In this document: in pieces, positions 12,271-22,943 of the stretch
How the letters are laid out: each line of letters opens with the position of its first letter
How positions within the stretch are numbered: position 1 is the first letter of the stretch
NCBI GenBank assembly: GCA_036867785.1
Contig: CP145410.1
Coordinates: 1,736,001-1,800,000 of the forward strand
Direction of reading: 5' to 3'
Length of the DNA: 64,000 nucleotides
Source of the DNA: Plasmodiophora brassicae
Lineage: Eukaryota
The notes under the pieces: generated by a model
Told to the model about the DNA's origin: nothing
The model's input: the letters and a program-made list of their open reading frames with translations, nothing else
The model's database searches: none
Program-made: the position numbers and the translations under genes

Positions 12271-15216
12271 TGAGCAGGAGGTAAGGGGAGGGCGGTGCCC
12301 AGGGTGTGCGTGCGTGACCGGGGGATGGTGTGGCCAGGAGCGCGTCGTTCGACCAGCGGTCGTTCTTCACGGCGCTCAGGGACGTCGTGGCGGCGGCGCC
12401 CGTCGTCCGCGGCACGTTCGTCGACCTGCCGTCCGTTGACGCCGTCTTCGACGGGTCGATCTCGGCGTCCCGCATACGTGGCCCGGCGCGCGCCTACCGA
12501 CAGGTCGCCGCGCGATGCATGCGACTCGTCGGCGCCGCCATCATCCTCGTCCGGGATGACGTGAAAGGATCCGCCCAGCGCATCGGTATGCCTCGTCGTG
12601 ACGTTTCTACCGCGTTTAACGAATTGCGACAGATTTCACCGGGTCAGGCTTGAAAAGGTACCGGAAGCGTTGCTCGCCCTGTCGCCCAGCGTGACGAACC
12701 TGTCAATAGCCGCCGATTTCGGGTTGGGTTGTGGTCGGCCGTGTTCGCCGGTTCCATCCTGCCGGGGCGCAACGGTGCCGAGGCGGGCCCCACGCCGCGA
12801 ATACCAGGCGACGAGTTCGCCAAGGCCATGCAGGCCTGCTCGGTCGCCAAGGAACTCATGCACGCGTTCGACACGACGCTGTCGACCTCGGCCGTCAATG
12901 ACGACGAAAGCAGCGAGACAATGACGATCTGCGACCGACGAAGGAACGGACACGTTCAGGGCGGGAAACAAATGGTACGCTGCCTCCATCGTTGGAGTGG
13001 CCGGGCGCCTGATCCTCCATATAGGTCACTTGCCTATCATTGTGCGAATACGCGCAGACGCACGAGACGGACGTCTGCTCCCCAGGGCATCGCGTATCAC
13101 TCCAGACGATTCTCGGCGCGGAAATGCTGACACTGAGGACCGCGTCCCGTGATTCCTCCCTGTTCAGCTTCGACCGTATGGCACCGGTGATGGTGTCGTG
13201 GGTGACAGGACAATGAATTTCTGTGTCTGTGGTCAGCGCCTTTCGCCGACGTCACACGGAACGTCACGTCGGACCTGATCGACATGATCACGAATTGCAG
13301 GCTCGTCTGCTCTCCGCGCTACTTTATCCGCCTCATCCTACATCTCTGCGAGCTTCGAAGCCAGGCGCTGACGTCCCTTGAATTCAATGTCCGCCTGCAC
13401 CTTCCCAATGTGAGTACCCAAGCGGACCAGAACGCTATCCAGTAACGTGTCCGTTTCCACAGGCCCCGTCACGATCGAACGACAGATGTGCCGCCACACG
13501 GTTGCTGGTTTCAATCGTCCACGAAGGGCAGTGCCTAGTCCAGGTGAAATCCAACCTGGAATCGTTTCTCGCCGGCGGATGCGTTAACGAGCTCTCATCG
13601 AATATCAGCGTCCCTGGGCGCATGTCGGCGTACGCCGATTTCGTGAGGCAGCGCCTTGGCCACGCGGCCTGCGTTGCACTTCGAGCTGGTGACCGCGCTT
13701 TCAAATGGGACGCGCTGCTCCCTGTCCTGAAGCGGTGCCATGAAGTCGACGACGTCAGGTTCGTCGCGGAAGCCCTGTGCTACATGGGTTTCGTCGTCTC
13801 CACCGGCAAGGCGGACCATTATCGAATGACATCCGACGAGGAGCAACGCACGATTTATGATGGGCGCTTCCAGGACATCGTTCGTCTCGAGGACCTCCGA
13901 TGCTTTGTCGACTGGGTGCCACTGCTCTGCCCACTAACGGACGCCGGGCGACGAGCCATCGACAGTAACGGCGGCCGTGCCAGCGTTAATGTCTCGAAGC
14001 TCGCCGGGCTGCTGGAGCAGCACGTCAAGATCGGCGATTACAGGATAGGGCCACATCGGTACAGGAACGTGTTCCTGGCTGACGCTGCGGTTGAGATCCT
14101 GATGCTGAACCGCGTCGCGAAGAACCCAACGCACGCGACCGCCATCCTGACCGTCATGCTGAACGCGCGGGCGTTCGTCCGGGTGCCTCGGCCGGCCGGT
14201 GACGAGATCTCGCGGTTCGATTCAGGTCGAGCGCTGTATCGCCTGGCGTCCCACGAGTACAGAGGCATCATCACGCCCGCGCAATTCAAGCAGATGATTG
14301 ACCTCGCCTTCATCGGTAACGATTGTGGCTCGCTGGACGCCCGTCCGCTGATGCTGAATGCCCAGCTGGTAATGCGGAGAATGTGACCGTCCGACATCCC
14401 GATGAGAACCCGGCGATGGCCGCCACCTGCTCGGTCGACTTTCCCGCCGTTCTCGACCTGATGTACGCTCACCTGAACTGCTGCGCCGACCAGCACGCGC
14501 TCAATGATCTCGTCGAGTTCACTGGATCGGCGTTCGCGTCGCTGATGATGACGCACGTCGTCTGTGCCGACGTCCCATGCTGCGAAATGCTCGGCGATGT
14601 CCTTCTCGGCGCCGGCGTCATCGTCGATCTCAACAAGATCGTTCGTATTCGGTGTTCCTGCCCGCGGCTCGGCCGCTGACCTGTTTGCGTCAGGCGAACG
14701 ACCACCCGGCGTTCCGGGCAGGGGCAAATTACACGTATGGCCTGAAGCCGCGGCCGATGTGCGAACAGACCCAGAAACCGGCCACATCGGAATTCGTCGC
14801 CCAGATTCGTACGTATGGCCTCGCGGTCGCATACCCTCGGTCTGAAGTAGGGGGCGTTCTACAGAATCGCTATCAAGTATCGAGTCGGTCGGGACCCTGG
14901 TCAGGAGGATGCACGATTGTGTTCCGATGCGCCACTCCGGTGTGTTCGACCGGAAGGAATTCTTCCGAGCGGCCGACGCCGTGGAATTCTTTATCAAGTA
15001 GGTCCCGTCAAACCACGGTTCCGCCTCAATTGCTGCTCATACGTGCGAGTATGCAGGCACAACATTGCCAGTACGGATTCGGAAGCGGTCAAGATCGGGC
15101 AACTTCTTGAACTCACAGGGGCGATTGAACCGTTAACGCCTGGCAAGTCCTTCCATGGGAACACCAAGTTTTCATTCTCCGGGGAGTTCCCCCAGCATTG
15201 CTCGGATGGAGGATGA
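12270..15216 (+). CDS. Multi-exon protein with 3-4 tandem DEP-like domains
   Basis: ATG AGC AGG AG|GTAAG..CCAG joins to SASFDQR. DEP-like segments: HRYRNVFLADAAVEILM..HATAILTVMLNARAF..FDSGRALYRL; FTGSAFASLMM..LGDVLLGAGVI..FRAGANY; FFRAADAVEFF..EAVKIGQLLELTGAI..F. Confidence 0.65.
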
Positions 15217-15236
15217 TGTGTTAATGAACGTCTCGT

Positions 15237-15385
15237 TTCGCCCATCCGGTGATCAGCCATTGCCCGCGCGGGCACGCTGATCGGGTTACTCATCGTGCCA
15301 CCACTTCCCGGATACGTCACGGTGTCTGGTGCCGCTCAGGAAGCGTTCGTTGCCAGCCTTGGTGCGTTCAACGCCCAGTCGCTGG
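15237..15385 (+). pseudogene. Orphan fragment of the secreted-protein head domain encoded at 21946 and 22944
   Basis: tcagccattgcc..ctgatcgggttactcatcgtgccaccacttcccggatac..gttgccagccttggtgcgttcaacgcccagtcg matches about 22230-22376. Confidence 0.8.
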
Positions 15386-15441
15386 CGGACGCCCGACCGT
15401 TTCTGTATTCAAGGAACTATCGAGAATCGAACAACAGGTTC

Positions 15442-16932
15442 TTACTCGGTTCTGGGCGGCTGGTCGGCGAGTCGCGGATGGAGCGGCGCTGGGCATCCGC
15501 CCTGGTCGCCACGCTTCCGCCGACACCGCCGCCGGCGCCGCTCGCCGCCTTCGTTGCAACGGGGTTGATGAGGACGACGATGCCGATGAGGATCCGGGTC
15601 AATACGGTTTGGTAGAGAGGGGCCCTTTCTTTGTAGTGCAGGCGGCCCCCCGACTTCGAACGTCCCGCCGCGTTCGCTGCGCATGTCGCTCCCGGTAATA
15701 ACTGCCAGGTGGTCAACGCCGGCTTTCTTTCGCTCCTCGATGCGGCGCATGACGGACGTGTCTGCTTCGTTGACCGTTACACCATGCAGATCAACGTCGG
15801 AGATGTCCCGTCGTGCGTTGTTCCCTTCGTCAGCGGCCAGTGCGTTCTGCACCAGTTGCTGCTTAGTGCCCTGTCGTGCTCGCCGACCGTGCTGACGTCC
15901 TGCGACACGCCTGCGTTCGTCAGCTGTCGTCGTCGGAGCCGTTTGCAGCACAGGGTTCACGACACCGAGTTGTGTTGTAGGCGCCAATATGGGAGGTGAC
16001 TGTGACTCAGCGGGAACTTCAGCCGTCTGCGTTTGACCGGCATCGTCACAAAGCTGGACGACGATGCAGCCCGGGTTGGATTCGTGGTTGGTGACTACGA
16101 ACCCCTTCTCTTGCAGATGGTGTTTAATCTTGCGCCCCAGAACGGGTACACGACCTCTGCTGTTGTTACCGCGGCCAACGATAGCCGTCAAGAGCTTTGT
16201 TCGGGCTGCTTTGCACGTGTCGATGCGTTCCATGAGGTACTCGAGTGCTTCTGGAACGCTCAAGTCGTGGAGATCGATCTGATTCATCTTCCTCCGCGCA
16301 TTGTTGGCGTGGAAGAACGCGCTGGCGGCCAGAGCGTACTCCTGCTCTAATAAGCGTTGCTCGTTCTTGCGAGCATCGGACAGCCGTTTGGCAAGCGACC
16401 GGTCGTTAGCCATGAACGCTGCTTGGGACCGTTCGGAGAAGTCATCTCTTTGCTGGGTGTGGAATTGTGCTCGTTCGCGGTGACTCTCTGCCTCACGTCT
16501 GTACTCCTCTGGTGACACAGCGGGATCGTATGTTAGGCGAACGACGTGACGTCGTTCAGCGGTGGGGCATTGAGCAGCTTGCCCGGACGACAGATGGGGC
16601 TGTACAGCGGAGGATGGCAAATTCACAGATCGTAGGGCATCGTCGCTGTGTTGGGTGTGGAACTGTGCTCGTTCGCGGTGACTCTCTGCCTTACGTCTGT
16701 AGTCGTCTGGTGACACAGCGGGATCGTATGGTAGGCGAACGACGTGGCGCCGTTCAGCGGTCGGGCATTGCACAGCTTGACCGGACGATGGTCGCGTACT
16801 TTGAGCAGGTACTAGGGCATGCCGATGGCTATGGAGGCCGACAGGATGGGGACGCACAGCGGGCGATTGCATGTTCGCGTATTGCACGGCATCGATCGTA
16901 TAGTCGTCCATGCAGCCCAGAGAGTTACCCAT
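15442..16932 (-). CDS. DUF1771 + Smr domain endonuclease-like protein with a second degenerate Smr (intronless)
   Basis: YRREAESH..SQAAFMANDRSLAKRLS (DUF1771); IDLHDLSVPEAL..IVGRGNNS..NPGCIVV (Smr); second copy VDLHGVTVNEA..VITG; 198-bp internal tandem duplication. Confidence 0.85.
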   Translation of the reverse strand: MGNSLGCMDDYTIDAVQYANMQSPAVRPHPVGLHSHRHALVPAQSTRPSSGQAVQCPTAERRHVVRLPYDPAVSPDDYRRKAESHRERAQFHTQHSDDALRSVNLPSSAVQPHLSSGQAAQCPTAERRHVVRLTYDPAVSPEEYRREAESHRERAQFHTQQRDDFSERSQAAFMANDRSLAKRLSDARKNEQRLLEQEYALAASAFFHANNARRKMNQIDLHDLSVPEALEYLMERIDTCKAARTKLLTAIVGRGNNSRGRVPVLGRKIKHHLQEKGFVVTNHESNPGCIVVQLCDDAGQTQTAEVPAESQSPPILAPTTQLGVVNPVLQTAPTTTADERRRVAGRQHGRRARQGTKQQLVQNALAADEGNNARRDISDVDLHGVTVNEADTSVMRRIEERKKAGVDHLAVITGSDMRSERGGTFEVGGPPALQRKGPSLPNRIDPDPHRHRRPHQPRCNEGGERRRRRCRRKRGDQGGCPAPLHPRLADQPPRTE

Positions 16933-17057
16933 TGGACGCCGGCACTCACAACGTGAAAAGCGAACGGTGGGACGGCACTAAGCAATAGGCACCGAATGTT
17001 AACGTCCAACACGGGCGGCGCACTTCCAGCGTCGGAAAGAACCGTACGAAGGTACGG

Positions 17058-17288
17058 TACGGCTATGTCACGCAAAGAGCATCAACCGGTGGTTCGAAGC
17101 CCTCAAGCGACACACCGAATACCTCACTCGACTGGGCGTACTTCGGAGCCGTGCTCTGTAGACCGGACCGCCCAACTAGGCCGCGAGAGCAGGCGGTCCG
17201 GTTTACAGCACGACTCCGAAGTACGCCCAGTCGAGTGAGGTGAGGGCTTCGAACCACCGGTTGATGCTCTTCGCGTCGCATAGCCGTA
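17058..17288. repeat. About 231-nt fold-back hairpin (about 100-bp stem, one ~15-nt bulge, ~19-nt loop)
   Basis: tacggctatg..gaagccctca pairs with tgagggcttc..catagccgta; cctcactcgactgggcgtacttcggag pairs with ctccgaagtacgcccagtcgagtgagg. Confidence 0.95.
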
Positions 17289-17289
17289 G

Positions 17290-19680
17290 TTCAGAGGCCT
17301 TGGCCGCCTTGTCGCTATGCTGGCAATGCGTGCTGCGTCGACAGCGCTGTTGCCGTCTAGCGCGCAGTTCCGATTGCTGATGCGCGTATTCGTCGACCGC
17401 TTGGTCTTCACGGAGTCCGGAAGTTCGGGCCAGCCACGGGTTGCCGACGCGCGCATGTCTGGTCGCCGGTCAGCGAGCCCAGGTGCGCGTTAAAGTCGCC
17501 GATGACATCCCGGCCCTCGTTGGCCTGTTCCAGGGCGCCATTGGGTCGCCCGACCTGTTCAACGTGCTGATCGACGACCTGCCCAAGGAGCTGGTCGACA
17601 AGTTCGGCGACAAGTTCGGCGATCGCTGCCCGCAGCTGGCCAGCATGCCGATGCCGTGCCAGCTGTACGCCGACGACACGACGCTGCACGCGTTCGACGA
17701 GGAGACGGCGCAGGAGATGGCGGACCACTGCCAGGCGTACGCTGAACGCCACCAGATGCAGTGGAACGCGGCAAAGTCGATCGTGTCGCGACCGGCGGAC
17801 CGCCCCAGATCGCCCTCCTCGGTCATGGAGCGGCCGGCGATGACAATGCCCCGCGTCTTCGGCCGGTCCGCCGGTCGCGACACGATCGACTTGTCGGCAT
17901 TCCATTGCATCTGGTGGCGCTCGGCGTACGCCTGGCAATGGTCCGCCATCTCCTGCGCCATGCTCTCGTCGAACGCGTGCAGCGTCGTGTCGTCAGCGTA
18001 CAACTGACACGGCATCGGCTCGTCGGCGAGCCTCGGGCAGCGATCGCCGAACTTGTCGACCAGCTCCCTCGGCAGGTCGTCGATGAGCACGTTAAACAGG
18101 TCGGGCGACCCGATAGCACCCTGGAACAGGCCCACAAGGGCCGGAATGCGACGCGATCGCTGGCCGTCCATGGTAATGATGAAGCCGCAGTCGTCGAATA
18201 GCGCCTGGATGACGGCGACGATCACGAGCGGCACACCGCGACCGATCAGCTTGTCGTAGACGAGGCGACGGCGCGCCGAGTCGTAGGCCTTGCGCATGTC
18301 GAGCAGGATCTCGGTCAACGGGCGCTTCGCGTGGGCGTAGTACGACGTCAGCTCGTCGGCACTGTCATCGCCGGCCGCGCCATGACCGAGGAGGGCGACC
18401 TGGGCAAGACGAACCGCCTGCTGGGCGTCGTCATGAAGCAGGGGCGCCTACAGCACGCGGAGCAGCTACGCGACCGCATGGCCAGGGCGGAGTCGGCCAT
18501 GGTCGGCATCGCCAAGTCGGGCGGGTTCGCCACCAACTAACTGCCTGTCACTGGTCCGCCAGGCGCGCGCGCCTGGGTAAGGTCGCGCGCCGAGTTCGGC
18601 ATGTCGTTCTGTCGGCACACAGCCCCGTCTCTCGCCAAGTTCGACTCGCTCCAGCGGAGCATGTGCGTTCTCTTCTTCGGCGGGCGCCGCGTGCGCCGGG
18701 GCAACATTCTGGTGATGCGGTACGCTGGCATTGCGCCCGGGCAGGCACGCCAGGCCAGGATTCGCACGAGTTTCGTCGTGAAGCGGATCGAGCGTGTCGA
18801 GCAGGTCAAGGACGGTGAGCCGGTCCCGTTCCTCGCCAAGGTCACCCAGTGGGCGTTGCAGCCGCGGCCAGCAATGTCGGCACGCAGGAAGCCGTACCAA
18901 AGCCGCCTCAGTTACAGTGTAGTGATGAGGCCGGGTTGCAGCAGGTCGACGACGACGACGAGCACGACAACGGCGCAGGCATCGATCGGGACGGCGGCCG
19001 GGATGTGCGCGCCAACGATCAGGACGGCGCGCGTGACGCGCAAGCGGCCCGACCGGTCGGATCCGGTAGGGACCTGGCGGGAACGCGCCCCTGTCGATCG
19101 ACGCAGTCATCCGGCATCCTGCACCAAGGCCACCGTCAGCAAGCAAGGCAAGCCGAGGCACGTGGCGCGACATACCTGCTGGCAAGGGCGATCGCACTGG
19201 ATGTCGTCGTCAGATGCGTCGCCGCGGCGGGATCGACGTACGCGCCTGGCAATCGCGGGCTCTTAAGAACGAGTCCTGGGCGTCGTTGGGTCGACAGGCA
19301 GACATCGACCTGCCGACGATGCTGGGCAGCTTCTGGTCGAATACGCGCTCGCAGCCAGCGGATCCTGTTGTGGACTGTTACGTGAATCACCGGGCGAATG
19401 ACACGATTCATGGAAGGCGACAATGTCTCCGCAAGTTCCGCCGGATCGTGCACCCGTGTACGTGACAGAACCTGCCATCAGGCGCAAACGTATCGTTGCT
19501 CGTCGAATTCCCACAATCGATGTCGCTGCCCATACTTCATATCTGCACCGTCGACGTCGTTGCTGCACGGGAACCAGATTATCGCGACGAAGCTAGGTTC
19601 GATCGACCGACAGACGAATGCTGGATCGAATGGGATCTTTACTGGCCAGATCAGGCGAACAGGTGCCTGCGCGCGTAGTC
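17290..19680. mobile_element. Scrambled non-LTR (LINE) retrotransposon remnant with APE endonuclease and RT fragments on both strands
   Basis: Minus strand VIGDFNAHLG at about 17475-17506 (APE motif); RT motifs LLDMRKAYDS, GLFQGAIGSPDLFN and LYADD, the latter two on both strands; plus-strand post-RT continuation NRLLGV..SRAEFG with a stop at 18538. Confidence 0.9.
17506..18148. repeat. Inverted repeat of the RT core, arms about 17506-17805 and 17861-18148
   Basis: The same RT segment is encoded on + and - strands; the loop 17805-17860 also pairs with 18358-18403. Confidence 0.95.
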
Positions 19681-19699
19681 ACTGGTTGAGTCGACAATA

Positions 19700-21148
19700 T
19701 CAGAGTCCCAGCCAGAGGCGGTCATCTTTGTAGGGCGGGCGCGGGACGTTGCCAATGGGAACGTGCTGAGGCGGCTTGCGGACGAAGTACGACGTGTCGA
19801 AGGCACTGGTCAGCTGGGTCGGCTTCCATGGCGCGTCCATGCGCCCTGTGGCCAGATCGTCCCAGTCAAACCCTTGGAACCAGGCATGCGACTTGATCTG
19901 CACAAACCCTGTACATGCAGGCGCAGAAACAGTCAGCAACAAGGCGCTGTATGTAATGGACGTCCAACACGCGTACCCAATCGTTCCTGTGGGTTGTACC
20001 TCAACAGGCCTAGTACGAAGGCCTTCGCTTCAGACGACAGACTCGATGGCAGCCGGCACGGGATCGCGGCCTCGGTTGTCAGGAGCAAATTACGCAGAGT
20101 GGCATGTAGGCGCTGGCCATCGTCTGCATAGAGCTCCTCGTTGACGCGGAACGGTGTCGTGCGCGCGAACAGGTCGCAGACGAATATGCCCAGAGACCAC
20201 AGGTCGCTGGCCTGGTCATACCCATCGTAGCGCTTCAACCAGCCAACTTCCCGGAACGTGCTCCGGGTCTCTGCAAGCTGGCGACAAAATCGGCTGTCAG
20301 TGGAACTCAGAAAGCGGGGACGTGAAGCGGCGACCTCTGGCGAGACGTATTCCACGGCTCCCTGGAAGTTGTGGAACTTGTCCCCGCGCTGACACGGTCG
20401 GGAGAGCATGAAGTCGACGAGTCGTATGTACCCGTTGGCGTCCAACTCGACGCCTTCCGGTGTCAGGAGGCCGTGAAACATCCCCATCTGGTGCACGTTC
20501 TCCAGCGCCAACACCGTTGACGCAACGTAGAACCTCAGCGTGTCCTCGGAGGTCTCCGGGTATGCCGGGTGCGTCACCTGGAGCCGGTCCCACGTCAAAT
20601 CCAACATCTCGGTCGTTCGGTGTCATCGTCGCTTACGTATACGAGGTCGAACAGATTGCCGCCAGGGAGATATTCCCTGAGGAGGTACGCGTAGTCGGCG
20701 TCCTGCATCACGCAGTATGCCCTGACGACGCCGGGCGTGTCCCGCAGGGCATACAGCAGAGCGTCACGTTCCGCGAACGTGTACGCCGCTGATGCGACGT
20801 CGCCTACTTTGGCAACCTGTGGCATGGTTCCCGGAATCAATAACGGCGTTCGACCCGCTCGGATCGGCGCGGGAGTGACCTTCTTCATCGCGTAAGGGAC
20901 GTTCGTTTTCCTGTGCCTAACCAGGTAGGTGATGGATCGACCGTCGTAACCGTCGAGGTGCGCGTGTTCCACGAAGTCTTTCAATCTGCACGGCATGGGC
21001 GGGGGCGCGCTCGGCCACGTCGCCTCAGCAGTCTGCATGTATCCCCATCTTTAGAGTCGCGAAGTACTTACCAATCACGAGCTGGACTAACGAGCGCGGC
21101 CAAGCAGCCGACGACGACGATGGCCACCAACGCACCGCTCTGCAACAT
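19700..21148 (-). CDS. AGC (PKA-like) pseudokinase with probable signal peptide, multi-exon
   Basis: YAMKK, EYLPGGNLF, RFYVASTVLALE, SDLWSLGI, IKSHAWFQGFDWDDL..APWKP..DTSYF; HRD replaced by HGL and DFG by DFM; upstream exon MLQSGALVAIVVVGCLAAL joins in frame via a 59-nt GTTAGT..CAG intron. Confidence 0.8.
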
Positions 21149-21945
21149 TGTCAACAAACGCGGATACGTCCTACTCGCAATGGCCATCGCCCATCGGGCA
21201 GGGGTAGGCCGGTAGGGGACCCGCAAATAGACAAGGCCCCCTTTAAAGCGACTTGTGGGCGCTCACGGCAGATCAGGATAGCAATGTTCCAGGGCAGGTG
21301 TTGGATGCGACCAGGCAGCGACAGTTTGTTCAGACGCGAGCGCGCGTTGAGCCAAATAAGAAACGAATCCGTGTTCTGGACACCCAACAACCACATCCCA
21401 ACCTGACCATCGTGGCCACGCTTCTCCAGTGGCATCTCTGTCGATCCCATTCAGAGAAGGACAGCACCGCGGTACTTCTTTATTACTGTTTACCTGCATT
21501 CGTTTAACGGTACAAGGATTTCTGGTTCATGCCCCATCACGAAGCAATGCCTGGGGATACTATAATCGTCCAGAACCAACGACGGCGTGTACACAGCTAT
21601 ACGAGAAGTATCCAGGGCGCAACCAACTCTGCATTGCAATTCCAGGCGCGGATCGCGAAGGTCCTCCGACAGGTTGGGGTTTGCCAAGACGGGAATCGAT
21701 CTACGGCACCAACGTTGTGCGTGTCCTGGGACGACCTCACAGACGCAACTTGATGCTCCACCCGGAACGAGGAGAGTAATGTGATCTGATCGGAGACGAC
21801 TGATAAAGATTCATTCGCCAATGTCTCTGTGTCGCTACTGCTCGGATCGCCGTACCTGGGCGAATCAACCAAGTACGCAGGGTGACGACGCGGGAATCTG
21901 AACGTCGCGCGCTTCCATTCGCAAGAACGCTCCGGGCGTGTGCTG

Positions 21946-22713
21946 ATGCGCCTGTTCTTGCTGATCGTTGCTATTGCTGCCTCATGTGCTGTGGGCAACC
22001 CAGGCCGGTGCCCGCTGGATGGCACCCCGTGCCTGTACACGGTGGCGGATTTGCAATCGTCACCGCTGGGCGTGCCCTGGAATACGACGTTCTACCTCGG
22101 GTCCAGACCATACAATGTGTCGCAGATGCAGGGCATTCTGCAGACGCCCAGTATCGGAGGCGACCGCCTGCAGGCGCTAGCGCAGCAGGAGATCACCACG
22201 TTGCTGAACGTGTACCGCGGCGCAGACTGCTCGCCCATTCGGTCAGCCATTGCCAGCGCGGACGCGTTGATCGGGTCGCTCGTCGTACCACCACTTCCCG
22301 GGTACAGTACGCTGACGTCTGGAGCCGCTCTAGAAGCGGTCGTTGCCAGCCTTCGTGCGTTCAACGCCCAGTCGCCGTGCACGAACGCCTCCACAGTACT
22401 GTCACCTAAGCGGACCCCAGCACCAACAACGCAAACGATGGCACCCACTCCTGCACCGACACCACCGCCAACACCCGCACCGACACCAGCACCTACACCA
22501 CAGCCGACGCTTGCACCCACTCCTCGACCGACTCCTGCGCCTACACCCCAACCAACACCCGCGCCTACGCCACCACGAATCCCTGCACCAAAGACATTAG
22601 CCACCCCCAGTCTACATCCAGCACCGACACCCCATCCGACTCCAGCGCCTACCAGCTCCCTGCTATGCCGCATCTTTGGCCGGGCATGGTGCCTACGAAT
22701 TGCCCGTCCTTAA
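21946..22713 (+). CDS. Secreted protein: Cys-flanked head domain + short Pro/Thr stalk
   Basis: Signal [17 protein letters not shown]; head [39 protein letters not shown] repeats. Confidence 0.8.
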   Translation: MRLFLLIVAIAASCAVGNPGRCPLDGTPCLYTVADLQSSPLGVPWNTTFYLGSRPYNVSQMQGILQTPSIGGDRLQALAQQEITTLLNVYRGADCSPIRSAIASADALIGSLVVPPLPGYSTLTSGAALEAVVASLRAFNAQSPCTNASTVLSPKRTPAPTTQTMAPTPAPTPPPTPAPTPAPTPQPTLAPTPRPTPAPTPQPTPAPTPPRIPAPKTLATPSLHPAPTPHPTPAPTSSLLCRIFGRAWCLRIARP

Positions 22714-22943
22714 CGGTAAATACAGCGGCCAAGTGCATGCATTACTCGCTAGTCCAAGGGCAATTCCCAGCGTCGAATATCAGTCTTGTAGGATACCGTG
22801 CTTGTACGCGTCACCCATGGTATCGCAGGCACGATCGCAGCGCCACGCCCGTTCTAAAATCTTCTGCCAGTGGCAGATTCGCCCTAATGGGCACTGGGAT
22901 GTCGCGTGCCCCCGCCACTCGGCAACAGTGCCGTGCGCCCCTA

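Noticed and set aside
17470-18318. 282-aa RT ORF as a functional retron, DGR or group II intron RT
   Set aside because: It is LINE-type, truncated after the YADD region, and reads into the antisense arm of the inverted repeat; no accessory genes
18870-19200. Possible second APE endonuclease fragment on the minus strand (GLALLAD, VLIVGAHIP)
   Set aside because: Resemblance is weak and split across frames; left inside the LINE remnant without a separate call
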